64,000 nucleotides of DNA, taken from assembly GCA_016285575.1 (NCBI GenBank), contig JAEEQX010000003.1, positions 781 through 64,780 on the forward strand, given 5' to 3'. This DNA is from Lachnospiraceae bacterium (GTDB taxonomy: Bacteria > Bacillota > Clostridia > Lachnospirales > Lachnospiraceae). Positions 39,747 to 50,296 of the stretch are shown here, one piece after another (the first letter of the stretch is position 1; each line of letters opens with the position of its first letter). A program made the translations under genes and the position numbers. A model generated the notes under the pieces. That model had not been told where the DNA came from. It ran no database searches and saw only the letters and a program-made list of their open reading frames with translations.

Positions 39747-40388
39747 TCATAACTTTCTGGCAACCAAATGCAATCTTGCTTTTTTCGCACTCTCCAGCAG
39801 TTCTATTTTTAATCCTGCCTTATTGCAAAATTCTTTTATCTCATCAAGAGACTTAGCACCAACATCTCCGTGCCCTGCCATATTGGCAAGGGGCATTTCA
39901 ATATGATTCATTAGCCAAAGCATCGGTTTGGATGAAGTGTAATCCTGTAATATGAGCCTTCCATTAGGTCTTAATACCCTTTTTACACTATCAAAAAATT
40001 TCTGCGGATTAGGATAATGATGAAAACTGTTCGAACAAATAATTGCATCAAAAGAATTATCCTCAAAAGGAAGATTCTCACAATCTCCAACAACCCAATC
40101 AACTCCTTCTAAATTCTTAGATATACCAACTTCTATCATCTTGGGTGTAATATCCAATCCTGTATAGTGTTTTCCCGGATCCTTTTCATAGAGAAGCGAA
40201 ATCATCGGTCCTGTTCCGCATCCGCAATCAAGAAGATCTTGATAATCTTCTTTTTCAAGTTCTCCCGCTATATACGGATAATCTTCTTTACAAATTTCAT
40301 ATATACCCGCATGATTTGATTCATATATCTCAGCGGCTTTTGTAAATTCTTTAACTGTTAATTCTTTATATTCGTTTTCTGTACGCAT
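39747..40388 (-). CDS. Class I SAM-dependent methyltransferase
   Basis: LLDCGCGTG, GLDITPKMI, GDCENLPF, SFHHYP, VLRPNG. Confidence 0.92.
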   Translation of the reverse strand: MRTENEYKELTVKEFTKAAEIYESNHAGIYEICKEDYPYIAGELEKEDYQDLLDCGCGTGPMISLLYEKDPGKHYTGLDITPKMIEVGISKNLEGVDWVVGDCENLPFEDNSFDAIICSNSFHHYPNPQKFFDSVKRVLRPNGRLILQDYTSSKPMLWLMNHIEMPLANMAGHGDVGAKSLDEIKEFCNKAGLKIELLESAKKARLHLVARKL

Positions 40389-40404
40389 TTTTCCTGCCTT
40401 TTTG

Positions 40405-40503
40405 GTTAGAACTATCTAACCTTTAAAAAAATATAATTGGCGATTAAAGTTAGTCTACTATAACCGCCAATCATTTTATAACACACTATTTATAATTGTT
40501 CAA
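40405..40503 (-). promoter_or_regulatory. Promoter cassette duplicated with 21537-21636
   Basis: 43 bp (40461-503) identical to 21594-636; hairpin 40436-71; GTTAG-AACTAT-CTAAC 40405-20; GTTAG-TCTACT-ATAAC 40449-64. Confidence 0.85.
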
Positions 40504-40542
40504 CAGTAAAATCAAAAAAATGTTTCACTAATTCTTTTCTAT

Positions 40543-41043
40543 TTACCTGTCTATAATTCTTCTAACCGTCTCTTCAATTGAAGATTCACCTTCATCTATG
40601 ATGATATCTGCATATTTTTCGTATAATACGCTTCTCTCCTCATACATTTCATCCAGACTTTCACCGTCTCTTAATACTACACCTCGTTCTCTTATCTCAT
40701 GTAACCTGTCAAAAAGTTTATCCTTTTCGACCTTAAGATATATAATTGCCCCATTCTCTGAAAGATGCCTCATTCCTCTCTCGCTGTATACCGCGCTTCC
40801 ACCTGTAGCAATTACTGTATTAACAGTATTGATTGATAATAAAGCTTCTTCCTCACACGCAAGGAATCCATCTACTCCTCTGTCATTGATAATTTCGTAT
40901 AAGAGAGAATCCTCTTTTTGCTGTATAACAAGATCCGTGTCAATAAAGTCCATGCCTAAAACTTTAGCAAGTATTACACCTACTGTACTTTTACCGGATG
41001 CCGGCATCCCTATTAATACTATGTTGGTTTTCTTTTTATTCAT
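40543..41043 (-). CDS. aroK: Shikimate kinase
   Basis: GMPASGKST, FIDTD, VIATGGS, ER..LYEKYAD. Confidence 0.92.
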   Translation of the reverse strand: MNKKKTNIVLIGMPASGKSTVGVILAKVLGMDFIDTDLVIQQKEDSLLYEIINDRGVDGFLACEEEALLSINTVNTVIATGGSAVYSERGMRHLSENGAIIYLKVEKDKLFDRLHEIRERGVVLRDGESLDEMYEERSVLYEKYADIIIDEGESSIEETVRRIIDR

Positions 41044-41075
41044 ATTTTTATCCTACTATTGAATTATTAATAATT

Positions 41076-41114
41076 ATATCCGCCTGAGAGTCAACTGACA
41101 AATCAGGCGGATAT
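41076..41114. repeat. Palindromic repeat element, copy 2
   Basis: ATATCCGCCTGA-GAGTCAACTGACAAA-TCAGGCGGATAT, 12-bp perfect stem. Confidence 0.75.
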
Positions 41115-41117
41115 TAA

Positions 41118-43208
41118 TTATTTTTCTTTATTCTCCGGTATTAACTTGGTCATGCTCTTAAGTCCAAGAGCAAGTGTTGAACTATTATGCAATAATGCTG
41201 ATGTTGCAGGTGGTAATACTCCTGCTATTCCGAGTCCGATAAGGGCTGTATTGAATCCGACAATCGTTCTGTAATTAAACTTAATACGTTTCATTAAGAG
41301 AGAACTGATTCTTCTGAGTATTACCAGGCTCTCAAGATTGGACGAGCTTATTGTTATATCAGCTATCTGTCTGGCTATCTCAGCTCCGTCGCTTATGGCA
41401 ATACCGGCATCGGATGCAGATAATGCAGGAGAATCGTTGATACCATCTCCTACCATTATTACTTTTCTTCCTTCCGCTTTTGCTCTCTCAACATATCCTG
41501 CCTTATCTTCAGGAAGGACTTCAGCGTAGTATTCTGTAATACCGGCTTCAGATGCAATCTTCTTAGCTGTTCTCTCGCTGTCTCCGGTCATCATTACGAT
41601 ATGTTCAAAGCCTTCGTTTCGTAGACCTTCTATAACTTCTTTTACTTCCTCTCGCATCGGATCTTCTATCAAGATACATGCTGCTAATTTACCATTCTTG
41701 GCGAAATATAGATGAGAATACTCATCAGGAAGCGAATCGAATTGTTTTTTCTTACCATTAGGTATTACAACTCCCTCATCTTCCATTACAAAGTGGTAGC
41801 TTCCGATAACAACCTTTTCTTTATTAATTGTTGATGCAATACCGTGAGCTACGATGTAATCCACATCTGCATGCATCTCCTCATGAAGAAGGCCTTTTTT
41901 CTCAGCTGCATCTACTACGGCACGAGCTACAGAGTGAGGGAAATGTTCCTCAAGACATGCAGCCTCTCTTAATAACTCATCTTCGGATTCACCATTAAAA
42001 GATACAACTTTTACCACTGTCGGTTGAGCCTTGGTTAATGTACCGGTCTTATCAAGAACTATGGTATCAGCCTCAGCAACTGCTTCGAGGAATCTTCCGC
42101 CCTTGACAGTAATGCCATATTCAGATGCCTCCTTAATTGCAGAAAGAACTGATATAGGCATAGCCATCTTAAGCGCACAGGAATAATCTACCATTAATAC
42201 AGATAGAGACTTTTGTACATTTCTGCTAATAAGCCATGTAAGGCCTGATCCAACTAATGTATATGGTACAAGTTTATCTGCGAGTCTCTCAGCCTTGCTC
42301 TCCAATGATGATTTAAGCTTTTCAGACTCCTCTATCATCTTGACAATCTTATCAAATCTTCCGCATCCTTCAGTCTGGGTAACCTTAATAGTTATCTCCC
42401 CTTCTTCTATAACGGTTCCGGCAAATACGCTCATTCCCACGGACTTGCATACTGCCTCTGATTCTCCCGTCATCGAAGCCTGGTTAACCATAGCCTCGCC
42501 CCTTGACACTTCACCGTCAAAAGGAATCATATTGCCCATTCTGACAACAACTTCATCACCGCACTCAATATCCGAAGAGTTAACCTGAACCTCTCCTGTA
42601 TCGGTAACTAGCCACACTTTATCGATATTAAGTGACATCTGTCTTGCAAGATCATCAATAGATCTCTTATGAGTCCAATCCTCAAGAGTATCTCCTATCT
42701 TAAGTAAAAACATAATACTTGATGCTGTATTATAATCTCCTGACAATACAGCTGCAGTTATTGCAATGGCATCAAGCAGTTCAACCTGAAGACGCTTGTT
42801 CTTAAGAGTCTTAAGTCCTCTTAAGATATAAAATAACATCTTAACGATTACCCATACTCTCCTTACGCAAAGAGGCAAAATTAGTCTCTTACCGTAATGT
42901 AAGACTATATCTGTAATTATCTTTTCTGAATATTTTGCTTCGAGTTCCCTACTTGAGCACTCAAATACTTTTTCAGGTACCTGTAATTTCTTAAATGAGA
43001 ATTTTCTTACATAATCGATGATTTCTCTTCTACTACAATTATAATAAACTACAGCATCAGCAGTTCTTTCATATACTTTAACTTTCTTAATGCCGTCATA
43101 GCAATTAAGATAATATTCAAAGCTGTCAGCTTCCTTAAAAGTCATGCGTTTCATCGCAAGATGAATTCTCATTCGACCTTTAATATCATGTTTTATCGTA
43201 AATTTCAT
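41118..43208 (-). CDS. Heavy-metal-translocating P1B-type ATPase (SCA-motif type)
   Basis: MTGES, DYSCALK in place of CPC, DKTGT, HP-equivalent EHFPH, GDGIND. Confidence 0.92.
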   Translation of the reverse strand: MKFTIKHDIKGRMRIHLAMKRMTFKEADSFEYYLNCYDGIKKVKVYERTADAVVYYNCSRREIIDYVRKFSFKKLQVPEKVFECSSRELEAKYSEKIITDIVLHYGKRLILPLCVRRVWVIVKMLFYILRGLKTLKNKRLQVELLDAIAITAAVLSGDYNTASSIMFLLKIGDTLEDWTHKRSIDDLARQMSLNIDKVWLVTDTGEVQVNSSDIECGDEVVVRMGNMIPFDGEVSRGEAMVNQASMTGESEAVCKSVGMSVFAGTVIEEGEITIKVTQTEGCGRFDKIVKMIEESEKLKSSLESKAERLADKLVPYTLVGSGLTWLISRNVQKSLSVLMVDYSCALKMAMPISVLSAIKEASEYGITVKGGRFLEAVAEADTIVLDKTGTLTKAQPTVVKVVSFNGESEDELLREAACLEEHFPHSVARAVVDAAEKKGLLHEEMHADVDYIVAHGIASTINKEKVVIGSYHFVMEDEGVVIPNGKKKQFDSLPDEYSHLYFAKNGKLAACILIEDPMREEVKEVIEGLRNEGFEHIVMMTGDSERTAKKIASEAGITEYYAEVLPEDKAGYVERAKAEGRKVIMVGDGINDSPALSASDAGIAISDGAEIARQIADITISSSNLESLVILRRISSLLMKRIKFNYRTIVGFNTALIGLGIAGVLPPATSALLHNSSTLALGLKSMTKLIPENKEK

Positions 43209-43211
43209 ACA

Positions 43212-43634
43212 TTACGCTTCTTTCTTCTTAGCTGACTTTTTAGCCTTGGAATCATCTTTTTTCTCTGTATCTGCTTTTGTACTCTTCTTAGCAGTTGTTG
43301 CTTTTGTAGAAGCCTTCTTTGTAGTTTTAGCTTTCTTTTCTTCTTTTGCTTCTTCTACAACTTCTTCGACGATTTCTTCAGCTTCATCTTCAACTTCTGA
43401 CTCTTTTTCTTTTGCAGCTCTTTCTTCATTGATAACCTTAGCTTCTTCATAGATATCACAGCAGTTTTCCTTTACAGCTGTAGCCTGATCCATAACATAA
43501 TCTTTGGCTCTCAATACACCTGCTGTACAATGTGTGTATACCTTCTTAGCATCCTTGGAACATAACATCTTAATGCCCCATAAACCAAACAATGTACCCC
43601 CTGCGAATAATGCGATTCCTTTCCACACTTTCAT
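43212..43634 (-). CDS. P1B-ATPase-associated small membrane-anchored protein with acidic and Lys/Ala-rich tail
   Basis: N-terminal TM, KKVYTHCTAGVLRAKD, then EEEVVEE and KKASTKATTAKK low-complexity tail; 3 nt upstream of the ATPase. Confidence 0.7.
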   Translation of the reverse strand: MKVWKGIALFAGGTLFGLWGIKMLCSKDAKKVYTHCTAGVLRAKDYVMDQATAVKENCCDIYEEAKVINEERAAKEKESEVEDEAEEIVEEVVEEAKEEKKAKTTKKASTKATTAKKSTKADTEKKDDSKAKKSAKKKEA

Positions 43635-43658
43635 AATTTTTACCTCCTATTTTTAAAA

Positions 43659-43750
43659 GTTAGATATGTCTAACTCTCTGTAATAAAAAATACGCGCCCT
43701 TAGGCGCTTTTAGATGCATTAATTGTAAATCAATTATATGATTTTTTCAA
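43659..43750 (-). promoter_or_regulatory. P-ATPase operon promoter with DtxR-type box
   Basis: TTGAAA 43750-45, 17 nt, TACAAT; GCGCC-CTTA-GGCGC hairpin; GTTAG-ATATGT-CTAAC 43659-74. Confidence 0.78.
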
Positions 43751-43782
43751 TCCATCAAGCTTAACTATCTTTGTTTTTTATT

Positions 43783-43818
43783 AAAAAAATGAGCAGGTTG
43801 AATTTTCAACCTGCCCAT
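43783..43818 (-). terminator. eno intrinsic terminator
   Basis: Minus ATGGGCAGGTTGAA-AA-TTCAACCTGCTCAT-TTTTTT. Confidence 0.85.
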
Positions 43819-43844
43819 CTGCCCTATGTAAAAGTTGCGGATTA

Positions 43845-45158
<1,314 letters not shown>

Positions 45159-45189
45159 CTAATATATATTTTTATCCCCTTTTAACATT

Positions 45190-45243
45190 GAATACCTCTC
45201 CTTGACGCAGGCCATAGGTACCGTTGTCAAAAGGAGAGGATTC
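45190..45243 (-). other. Structured leader hairpin upstream of eno
   Basis: CCTCTCCTT (45195-203) pairs with AAGGAGAGG (45231-39), flanked by GAAT/ATTC and GAC/GTC. Confidence 0.6.
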
Positions 45244-45260
45244 ACACATGATTTATTCTG

Positions 45261-45316
45261 GTTAGTTATCGCTAACCTTAAACATAATATCATTCATCGA
45301 GTTAGTTGTCAATAAC
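45261..45316 (-). promoter_or_regulatory. eno promoter with two DtxR-type boxes
   Basis: TTGACA 45312-07, 17 nt, TGn-TATTAT; GTTAG-TTATCG-CTAAC 45261-76; GTTAG-TTGTCA-ATAAC 45301-16. Confidence 0.78.
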
Positions 45317-45329
45317 CGCTTTGTATTTT

Positions 45330-46088
45330 TTAGCTATTAATTAATTTAGTAATACCCCTCACAAACTTCTTAGGTCTATAAGGTGCAAGTCCTCCATGAC
45401 CCACGTTCCTGATAACTCTGAATCTTGTGTTAGGATATATCTTTCTTATATATGCTATATCCGCTTTTCTGTCCTTAATCTCTTTTTCAGCAATCCAATA
45501 CTCTATCTTTTTGCAATTGGTATGTATGTACCTGGGCATGGTGTAATTATTGCAAGAGTCAAATGTTCTCCAGATAGTCTTAGCACTGATCATCTTGAGC
45601 ACTTTTGCTGCGTAATCTATATCTTCCTTGGATAATTCATCAAGAGAAAACGCTTTTTCCAAGAGATTGGCTCCTCCGATTTTTCCCATGTATATCATCA
45701 GGAAATCTTTTATTGCAATAAATCTTGTGAGAATCCAAGGCAATTGATAAGGTGTGATACCTCCATCGATTACTGCATTCTCGATATTAACTCGATTATT
45801 CGCAAGCATCCTAGTTACAATTGATCCCCCCATAGAGCATCCATATATACAAGTTACAGTATTTAGATTATTTCCAATCAGCCATTTCTCCAGGTCTCTT
45901 GATATTTGTTCAATACTTGTAAAGTCATCCTTTCTTGCAGGATTATACCCGGGTAACGCAGGAACTATCACATGATAATCCTTTTCAATTAAAGGAATTA
46001 CATCCTGAAAATAATCCCACATAACAATTGAAGGATGAATCAAAACTATTACCTTGTCATTATCTTTTCCATATTCATGTATTGTCAT
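45330..46088 (-). CDS. Alpha/beta hydrolase
   Basis: MTIHEYGKDN start, IHPS, GCSMGG, VGHGG. Confidence 0.85.
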   Translation of the reverse strand: MTIHEYGKDNDKVIVLIHPSIVMWDYFQDVIPLIEKDYHVIVPALPGYNPARKDDFTSIEQISRDLEKWLIGNNLNTVTCIYGCSMGGSIVTRMLANNRVNIENAVIDGGITPYQLPWILTRFIAIKDFLMIYMGKIGGANLLEKAFSLDELSKEDIDYAAKVLKMISAKTIWRTFDSCNNYTMPRYIHTNCKKIEYWIAEKEIKDRKADIAYIRKIYPNTRFRVIRNVGHGGLAPYRPKKFVRGITKLINS

Positions 46089-46128
46089 AATTATTCAAAA
46101 TCCTCCGATTTTTGTGGATGAAAAAATT

Positions 46129-46632
46129 TTAAAACTTAATTAAAGAGCATATCCATGCAGCGAGTGCTGATGCCGCAGGGAATATTACTAGCAATTTGAG
46201 AAGTTGGCTTTTTATGTTATAACCATATTTTCTGTTAGAATATACGCTATCAACTTCCGGAAAATAGAACTGGAAAAACTTGAACTTCATAAGCAAAAAG
46301 TAGTCAAAGAAAATCATGTCGTATAACTTATACACAGTAAATATGGATACAAATCTTATGAAGAACTGCCAAAATGAGAATCCACTTCTAAATCCATCCC
46401 AGATAGATATTACCCCTACTGAGAGTATCATAAGAAAGCTGAATATCATCAATGTCCATCCGATTTTTCTGGCACCTAGAAACAGTTCTTCTTTTCTGTC
46501 TATCAAAACTTCCTGTGCTTCTTTAGGTGCAGATGAGAAAAACTTTTTATTCTGTATAAAAGCTACCGCCGAAAACATCATCAACGTTATTGCCACACAA
46601 AATATAAGCGCCAGGAAGATTGTCATTAACAT
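46129..46632 (-). CDS. Uncharacterised membrane protein (family B, copy 2)
   Basis: GFRSGFSFW..RF..LYDMIFFD; start 46632 after AAAGGAG. Confidence 0.65.
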   Translation of the reverse strand: MLMTIFLALIFCVAITLMMFSAVAFIQNKKFFSSAPKEAQEVLIDRKEELFLGARKIGWTLMIFSFLMILSVGVISIWDGFRSGFSFWQFFIRFVSIFTVYKLYDMIFFDYFLLMKFKFFQFYFPEVDSVYSNRKYGYNIKSQLLKLLVIFPAASALAAWICSLIKF

Positions 46633-46671
46633 ATCACTGTACTCCTTTAAATATGTGTTTCCAATTATCAA

Positions 46672-48396
46672 CTATGATTGAAGAGAAACCATATGTGCAT
46701 ACACTCCATCATCTCTCATGAGTGTATCGTGATTGCCCTGCTCTACTATCTGACCATCTGATATAACGAGTATCTGATCAGCATCTTTAATAGTTTTAAG
46801 TCTATGCGCAATTACAAGTAATGTCTTGTTCTTGCAAAGTTCTGAAATAGCTTCCTGGATTGCTCTCTCATTATCTGCATCCACACTGGCTGTAGCCTCA
46901 TCAAGGATAACTATTGGCGAATCCTTAAGAATACATCTTGCAATAGATATTCTCTGCTGTTCACCACCCGATAACGATGCTCCGCCCTCACCAACTACAG
47001 TATCGAATCCATTGGGAAGCGCCATAATAAAGTCATAGCATCTTGCCTTTTTTGCAGCTTCTTCAACTTCTTCTTTTGTAGCATTAGGACGTCCTATTGC
47101 AATATTGTTATAGATTGTATCCTGGAACAAATATACTCTCTGGAAGACCATACTTATCTGATCCATAAGGTTTCCGAGCTTAACATCCTTGATGTCTTTT
47201 CCTCTAACCTTGATGCTTCCTGTTTCAATATCCCATAATCTCGCAAGAAGTGATGCTATAGTTGATTTACCGCCACCGGAAGGTCCGACAAGTGCTGTCA
47301 TCTCGCCCTTATTAACCTTGAATGATACATTCTTAAGTACATCTTTGTCAGTGTATCCGAAGCTTACGTTTTCATACTCTATCTCAGGTACAGCTAAGTT
47401 AACGTCTGATGAAATCTCAGCTTCTCCATTATCTTTTAATTCTTCTGCAGCAAATACTTCTTCGATTCTGTTAAGGCTGGCTTCTGTAACTGTAAGTCTG
47501 GCCATCTGCGCATAATAACTTTTAACTGCTACAAATAAATCGAAAATAAAGAGTGCCATTCCGACCATATAAATATTACTAATCGAACCTATGTTGTATA
47601 AATAAGCGCACAACGCCAGAACCAATGAAGTTCCAATAGCAAATGTAAGATTAAGTGCTCTGGACCAAGGGGTATAATCGATTTCAAAACTGATGCTGTC
47701 TTTACAGCTTTTTTCGAATTCATCAGTAAGTTTCTTGGACTTATCACCAAGCATATTGTAGGACTTGATGATTCCGATTCCCTCAGCAAAATCAAGGACT
47801 TCTTCTGTAAGAGATTCTGCGCATTCCTGCTTGGATGCGGAATGTTTCAAGGTACTCTTTAACATCAAATTTCCAACAAGAATAAATACTCCAACAAAAA
47901 GCAAAGAAAGCAAACCGAATCTTATGTCCATCATAAACATCATTATTACCATGATGCTCTGTGAAATGATGAATGATACTAATTCAGACAAAACACCCAT
48001 GCAATTTTCTTCAATAAACACCATGTCTGTAGAAAGAACTGCGCTGATTTTTCCGATATTGCCTTCTGTGAAATATCCCATCGGAAGTTTTCTCAAGTGA
48101 TCACCAAGCTGAAGTCTCATATCTGCAAATACCTTATAACCCGCTGCAGATTGAAGTACATTGGTAATATGTTCAAATATTGCCTCTAAAATTACGCTCG
48201 CTAGAACTACTATTCCCAGATAAATGCATTTCTTTTTATCCATCGTACCATTCATAAACAAGCTGATTATAAGAAAACTAAGCATCAAGGGTATTTTCAT
48301 CATAATTCCCTTAATGAATGACGTAATATATGATGCTCTGATTCTTGTTTTATATTTACCGGTTATACCGATAAGTCTATGCATTATTCTTAACAT
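46672..48396 (-). CDS. ABC transporter permease/ATPase (pair 3, second subunit)
   Basis: LQSAAGY, GPSGGGKS, LSGGEQQR; start 48396 after GGAGG. Confidence 0.88.
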   Translation of the reverse strand: MLRIMHRLIGITGKYKTRIRASYITSFIKGIMMKIPLMLSFLIISLFMNGTMDKKKCIYLGIVVLASVILEAIFEHITNVLQSAAGYKVFADMRLQLGDHLRKLPMGYFTEGNIGKISAVLSTDMVFIEENCMGVLSELVSFIISQSIMVIMMFMMDIRFGLLSLLFVGVFILVGNLMLKSTLKHSASKQECAESLTEEVLDFAEGIGIIKSYNMLGDKSKKLTDEFEKSCKDSISFEIDYTPWSRALNLTFAIGTSLVLALCAYLYNIGSISNIYMVGMALFIFDLFVAVKSYYAQMARLTVTEASLNRIEEVFAAEELKDNGEAEISSDVNLAVPEIEYENVSFGYTDKDVLKNVSFKVNKGEMTALVGPSGGGKSTIASLLARLWDIETGSIKVRGKDIKDVKLGNLMDQISMVFQRVYLFQDTIYNNIAIGRPNATKEEVEEAAKKARCYDFIMALPNGFDTVVGEGGASLSGGEQQRISIARCILKDSPIVILDEATASVDADNERAIQEAISELCKNKTLLVIAHRLKTIKDADQILVISDGQIVEQGNHDTLMRDDGVYAHMVSLQS

Positions 48397-48397
48397 C

Positions 48398-50131
48398 TTA
48401 CGCCTCCTTAATCTTCCAAGTACTTGCGGATACGCTTGCATCCCATAACTTCTTGTATTCCGCGCAACTACTCAATAAATTATCATGAGTATCAGCAGCA
48501 ATGCATTCTCCCTCTTTCATAACGCATATTTTATCTGCGTTCTTTATAGTTGAGAGTCTATGTGCAATAACAAGTACTGTCTTGTCCTTAATAATCTCGT
48601 TGATAGCTGCATTCATCTTCTCTTCATTCTCAGGATCCATGAATGCGGTAGCTTCATCAAGTACTATGATGGGCGCATCCTTAAGAATCGCTCTCGCAAG
48701 AGATATACGCTGTCTCTCACCACCGGATAACTGCTTACCGGAATCGCCTGCAGAAGTATTGATTCCGTCAGGAAATCTAGCCAAAAACTCATCGCACTGA
48801 GCTCTGGATGCTGCTTTAAGCACTTCTTCTTTTGTTGCGTTAGGTTTTCCAATCAAGATATTTTCATATAAAGATGTATTGAATAAGAACTGCTCCTGAG
48901 ACACGTATGCAACTTGGTTGTTAAGCGCCTCGAGTGTCATATCTGTTAGATCCTGTCCGCCTATTGTGATATTACCCTCGTTGATATCATAGTAATGCAC
49001 AAGCAACTTGGCTAATGTAGACTTTCCACTTCCTGATTCACCGACAAGAGCAGTTGTACTTCCTGACTCGAGTGATAAATTTACTCCATGAAGTACTTCC
49101 TTATCATCATAACCAAAACGTACATTATTGAAAGATACATCAAGATTAGTTCCCTTAAAATCATTGTTTCCTTCCTTAAGAGGAGGATGTTCCATCATCT
49201 TTTCAAGTTCAGCAATCTTGTAATCAAGTTGGGGGAATTTTCCTGCAAAATTAAGTGCCTTTAAGAATGAAGGTCCGACTGCGAATGACATGCAAAGAAC
49301 AAGAACTAACTTATCAAGCGTGATTGCGCCGGACAAAACCATCAAACCGCCTATAGGTAATATAAGAAGCGCAAGGCAGGGAAGGATACTGGAATACGCT
49401 GCCATCCAAGGCCAGCAAACCTTATACCAATTCAATGTAAAATCTCTGTAGTTTCTGACTACTTCGCCAAATCTCTTATATGAATCACCATCCTTATTGA
49501 ATACCTTAACGACTTCCATACCGTTTACATATTCAATAATTGTGTTGTTCATCTTAGCTGCAGATTCATAATATGCATTCATTAGAGACAAACCGGATTT
49601 CATCATCATTCCCATTGCAAGCAGACCAATAATTAAAGGAACAAATGATAAAAGAGCCAGTCTCCAATCGACTACAAACATCAGTACAATAATAAGTGAA
49701 GGAATGAATATATTTGCAATTCCTTCCGGTATGGCATGTGCTAAAAGCAATTCAATCTGATCTATGTCATCAGTAAATACTTTTTTTATTCTTCCTGTTC
49801 CAAGTTCCTTGATATTACCGAGCGGCTGTCGTTCAAGTTTGCCCTGCAATGAAATACGCAAGTTCTTAAGCGTATTGTATGCACTGATATGCGAAAACAC
49901 CAAGCCTTGAGTATAAAGAACAGCAAATAATAATTCGCTTATAGCAACAAACAACACTCTAAGAAGAATAAACTTAATGTCTAATTCTTCTCCTCTCGTA
50001 AGAGGTGAAATAATCTGATAAACAAAAAAATACGGCAGTATGCTTGCAACTATTCCCAGCGCCATTAATACAGCTGCCGCTACAGTATATTTTTTGTATT
50101 TACCAATATACGGAGCAACTCTTTTAAACAT
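48398..50131 (-). CDS. ABC transporter permease/ATPase (pair 3, first subunit)
   Basis: SHISAY, LLAHAIPEG, GESGSGKS, LSGGERQR; start 50131. Confidence 0.88.
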   Translation of the reverse strand: MFKRVAPYIGKYKKYTVAAAVLMALGIVASILPYFFVYQIISPLTRGEELDIKFILLRVLFVAISELLFAVLYTQGLVFSHISAYNTLKNLRISLQGKLERQPLGNIKELGTGRIKKVFTDDIDQIELLLAHAIPEGIANIFIPSLIIVLMFVVDWRLALLSFVPLIIGLLAMGMMMKSGLSLMNAYYESAAKMNNTIIEYVNGMEVVKVFNKDGDSYKRFGEVVRNYRDFTLNWYKVCWPWMAAYSSILPCLALLILPIGGLMVLSGAITLDKLVLVLCMSFAVGPSFLKALNFAGKFPQLDYKIAELEKMMEHPPLKEGNNDFKGTNLDVSFNNVRFGYDDKEVLHGVNLSLESGSTTALVGESGSGKSTLAKLLVHYYDINEGNITIGGQDLTDMTLEALNNQVAYVSQEQFLFNTSLYENILIGKPNATKEEVLKAASRAQCDEFLARFPDGINTSAGDSGKQLSGGERQRISLARAILKDAPIIVLDEATAFMDPENEEKMNAAINEIIKDKTVLVIAHRLSTIKNADKICVMKEGECIAADTHDNLLSSCAEYKKLWDASVSASTWKIKEA

Positions 50132-50171
50132 AATTAATCCTTTCTGTAATGATGTATTATTACCGTAGAAT

Positions 50172-50289
50172 GAGGCAGATTGAAGAATCAATCCGCCTCT
50201 CCTGAAATGTGTAAAAGAAAATGTGTTATTCTAGTTAGTTGTTTCTAACCTTCTGTATATTAGCACTCGAAGAGTTAGTTGTCAATAAC
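50172..50289 (-). promoter_or_regulatory. ABC pair 3 promoter, two DtxR-type boxes and a leader hairpin
   Basis: TTGACA 50285-80, 17 nt, TGn-TAATAT; GTTAG-TTGTTT-CTAAC 50234-49; GTTAG-TTGTCA-ATAAC 50274-89; hairpin GAGGCGGATTGA-TTCT-TCAATCTGCCTC 50199-72. Confidence 0.78.
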
Positions 50290-50296
50290 TCAATCT

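Noticed and set aside
40543-41043. aroK as part of salicylate or catechol siderophore biosynthesis
   Set aside because: No isochorismate or salicylate synthase, adenylation enzyme or NRPS nearby, and no box directly upstream of aroK
43709-43724. TTTAG-ATGCAT-TAATT as an additional box at the P-ATPase +1
   Set aside because: Too many mismatches in the right arm to count
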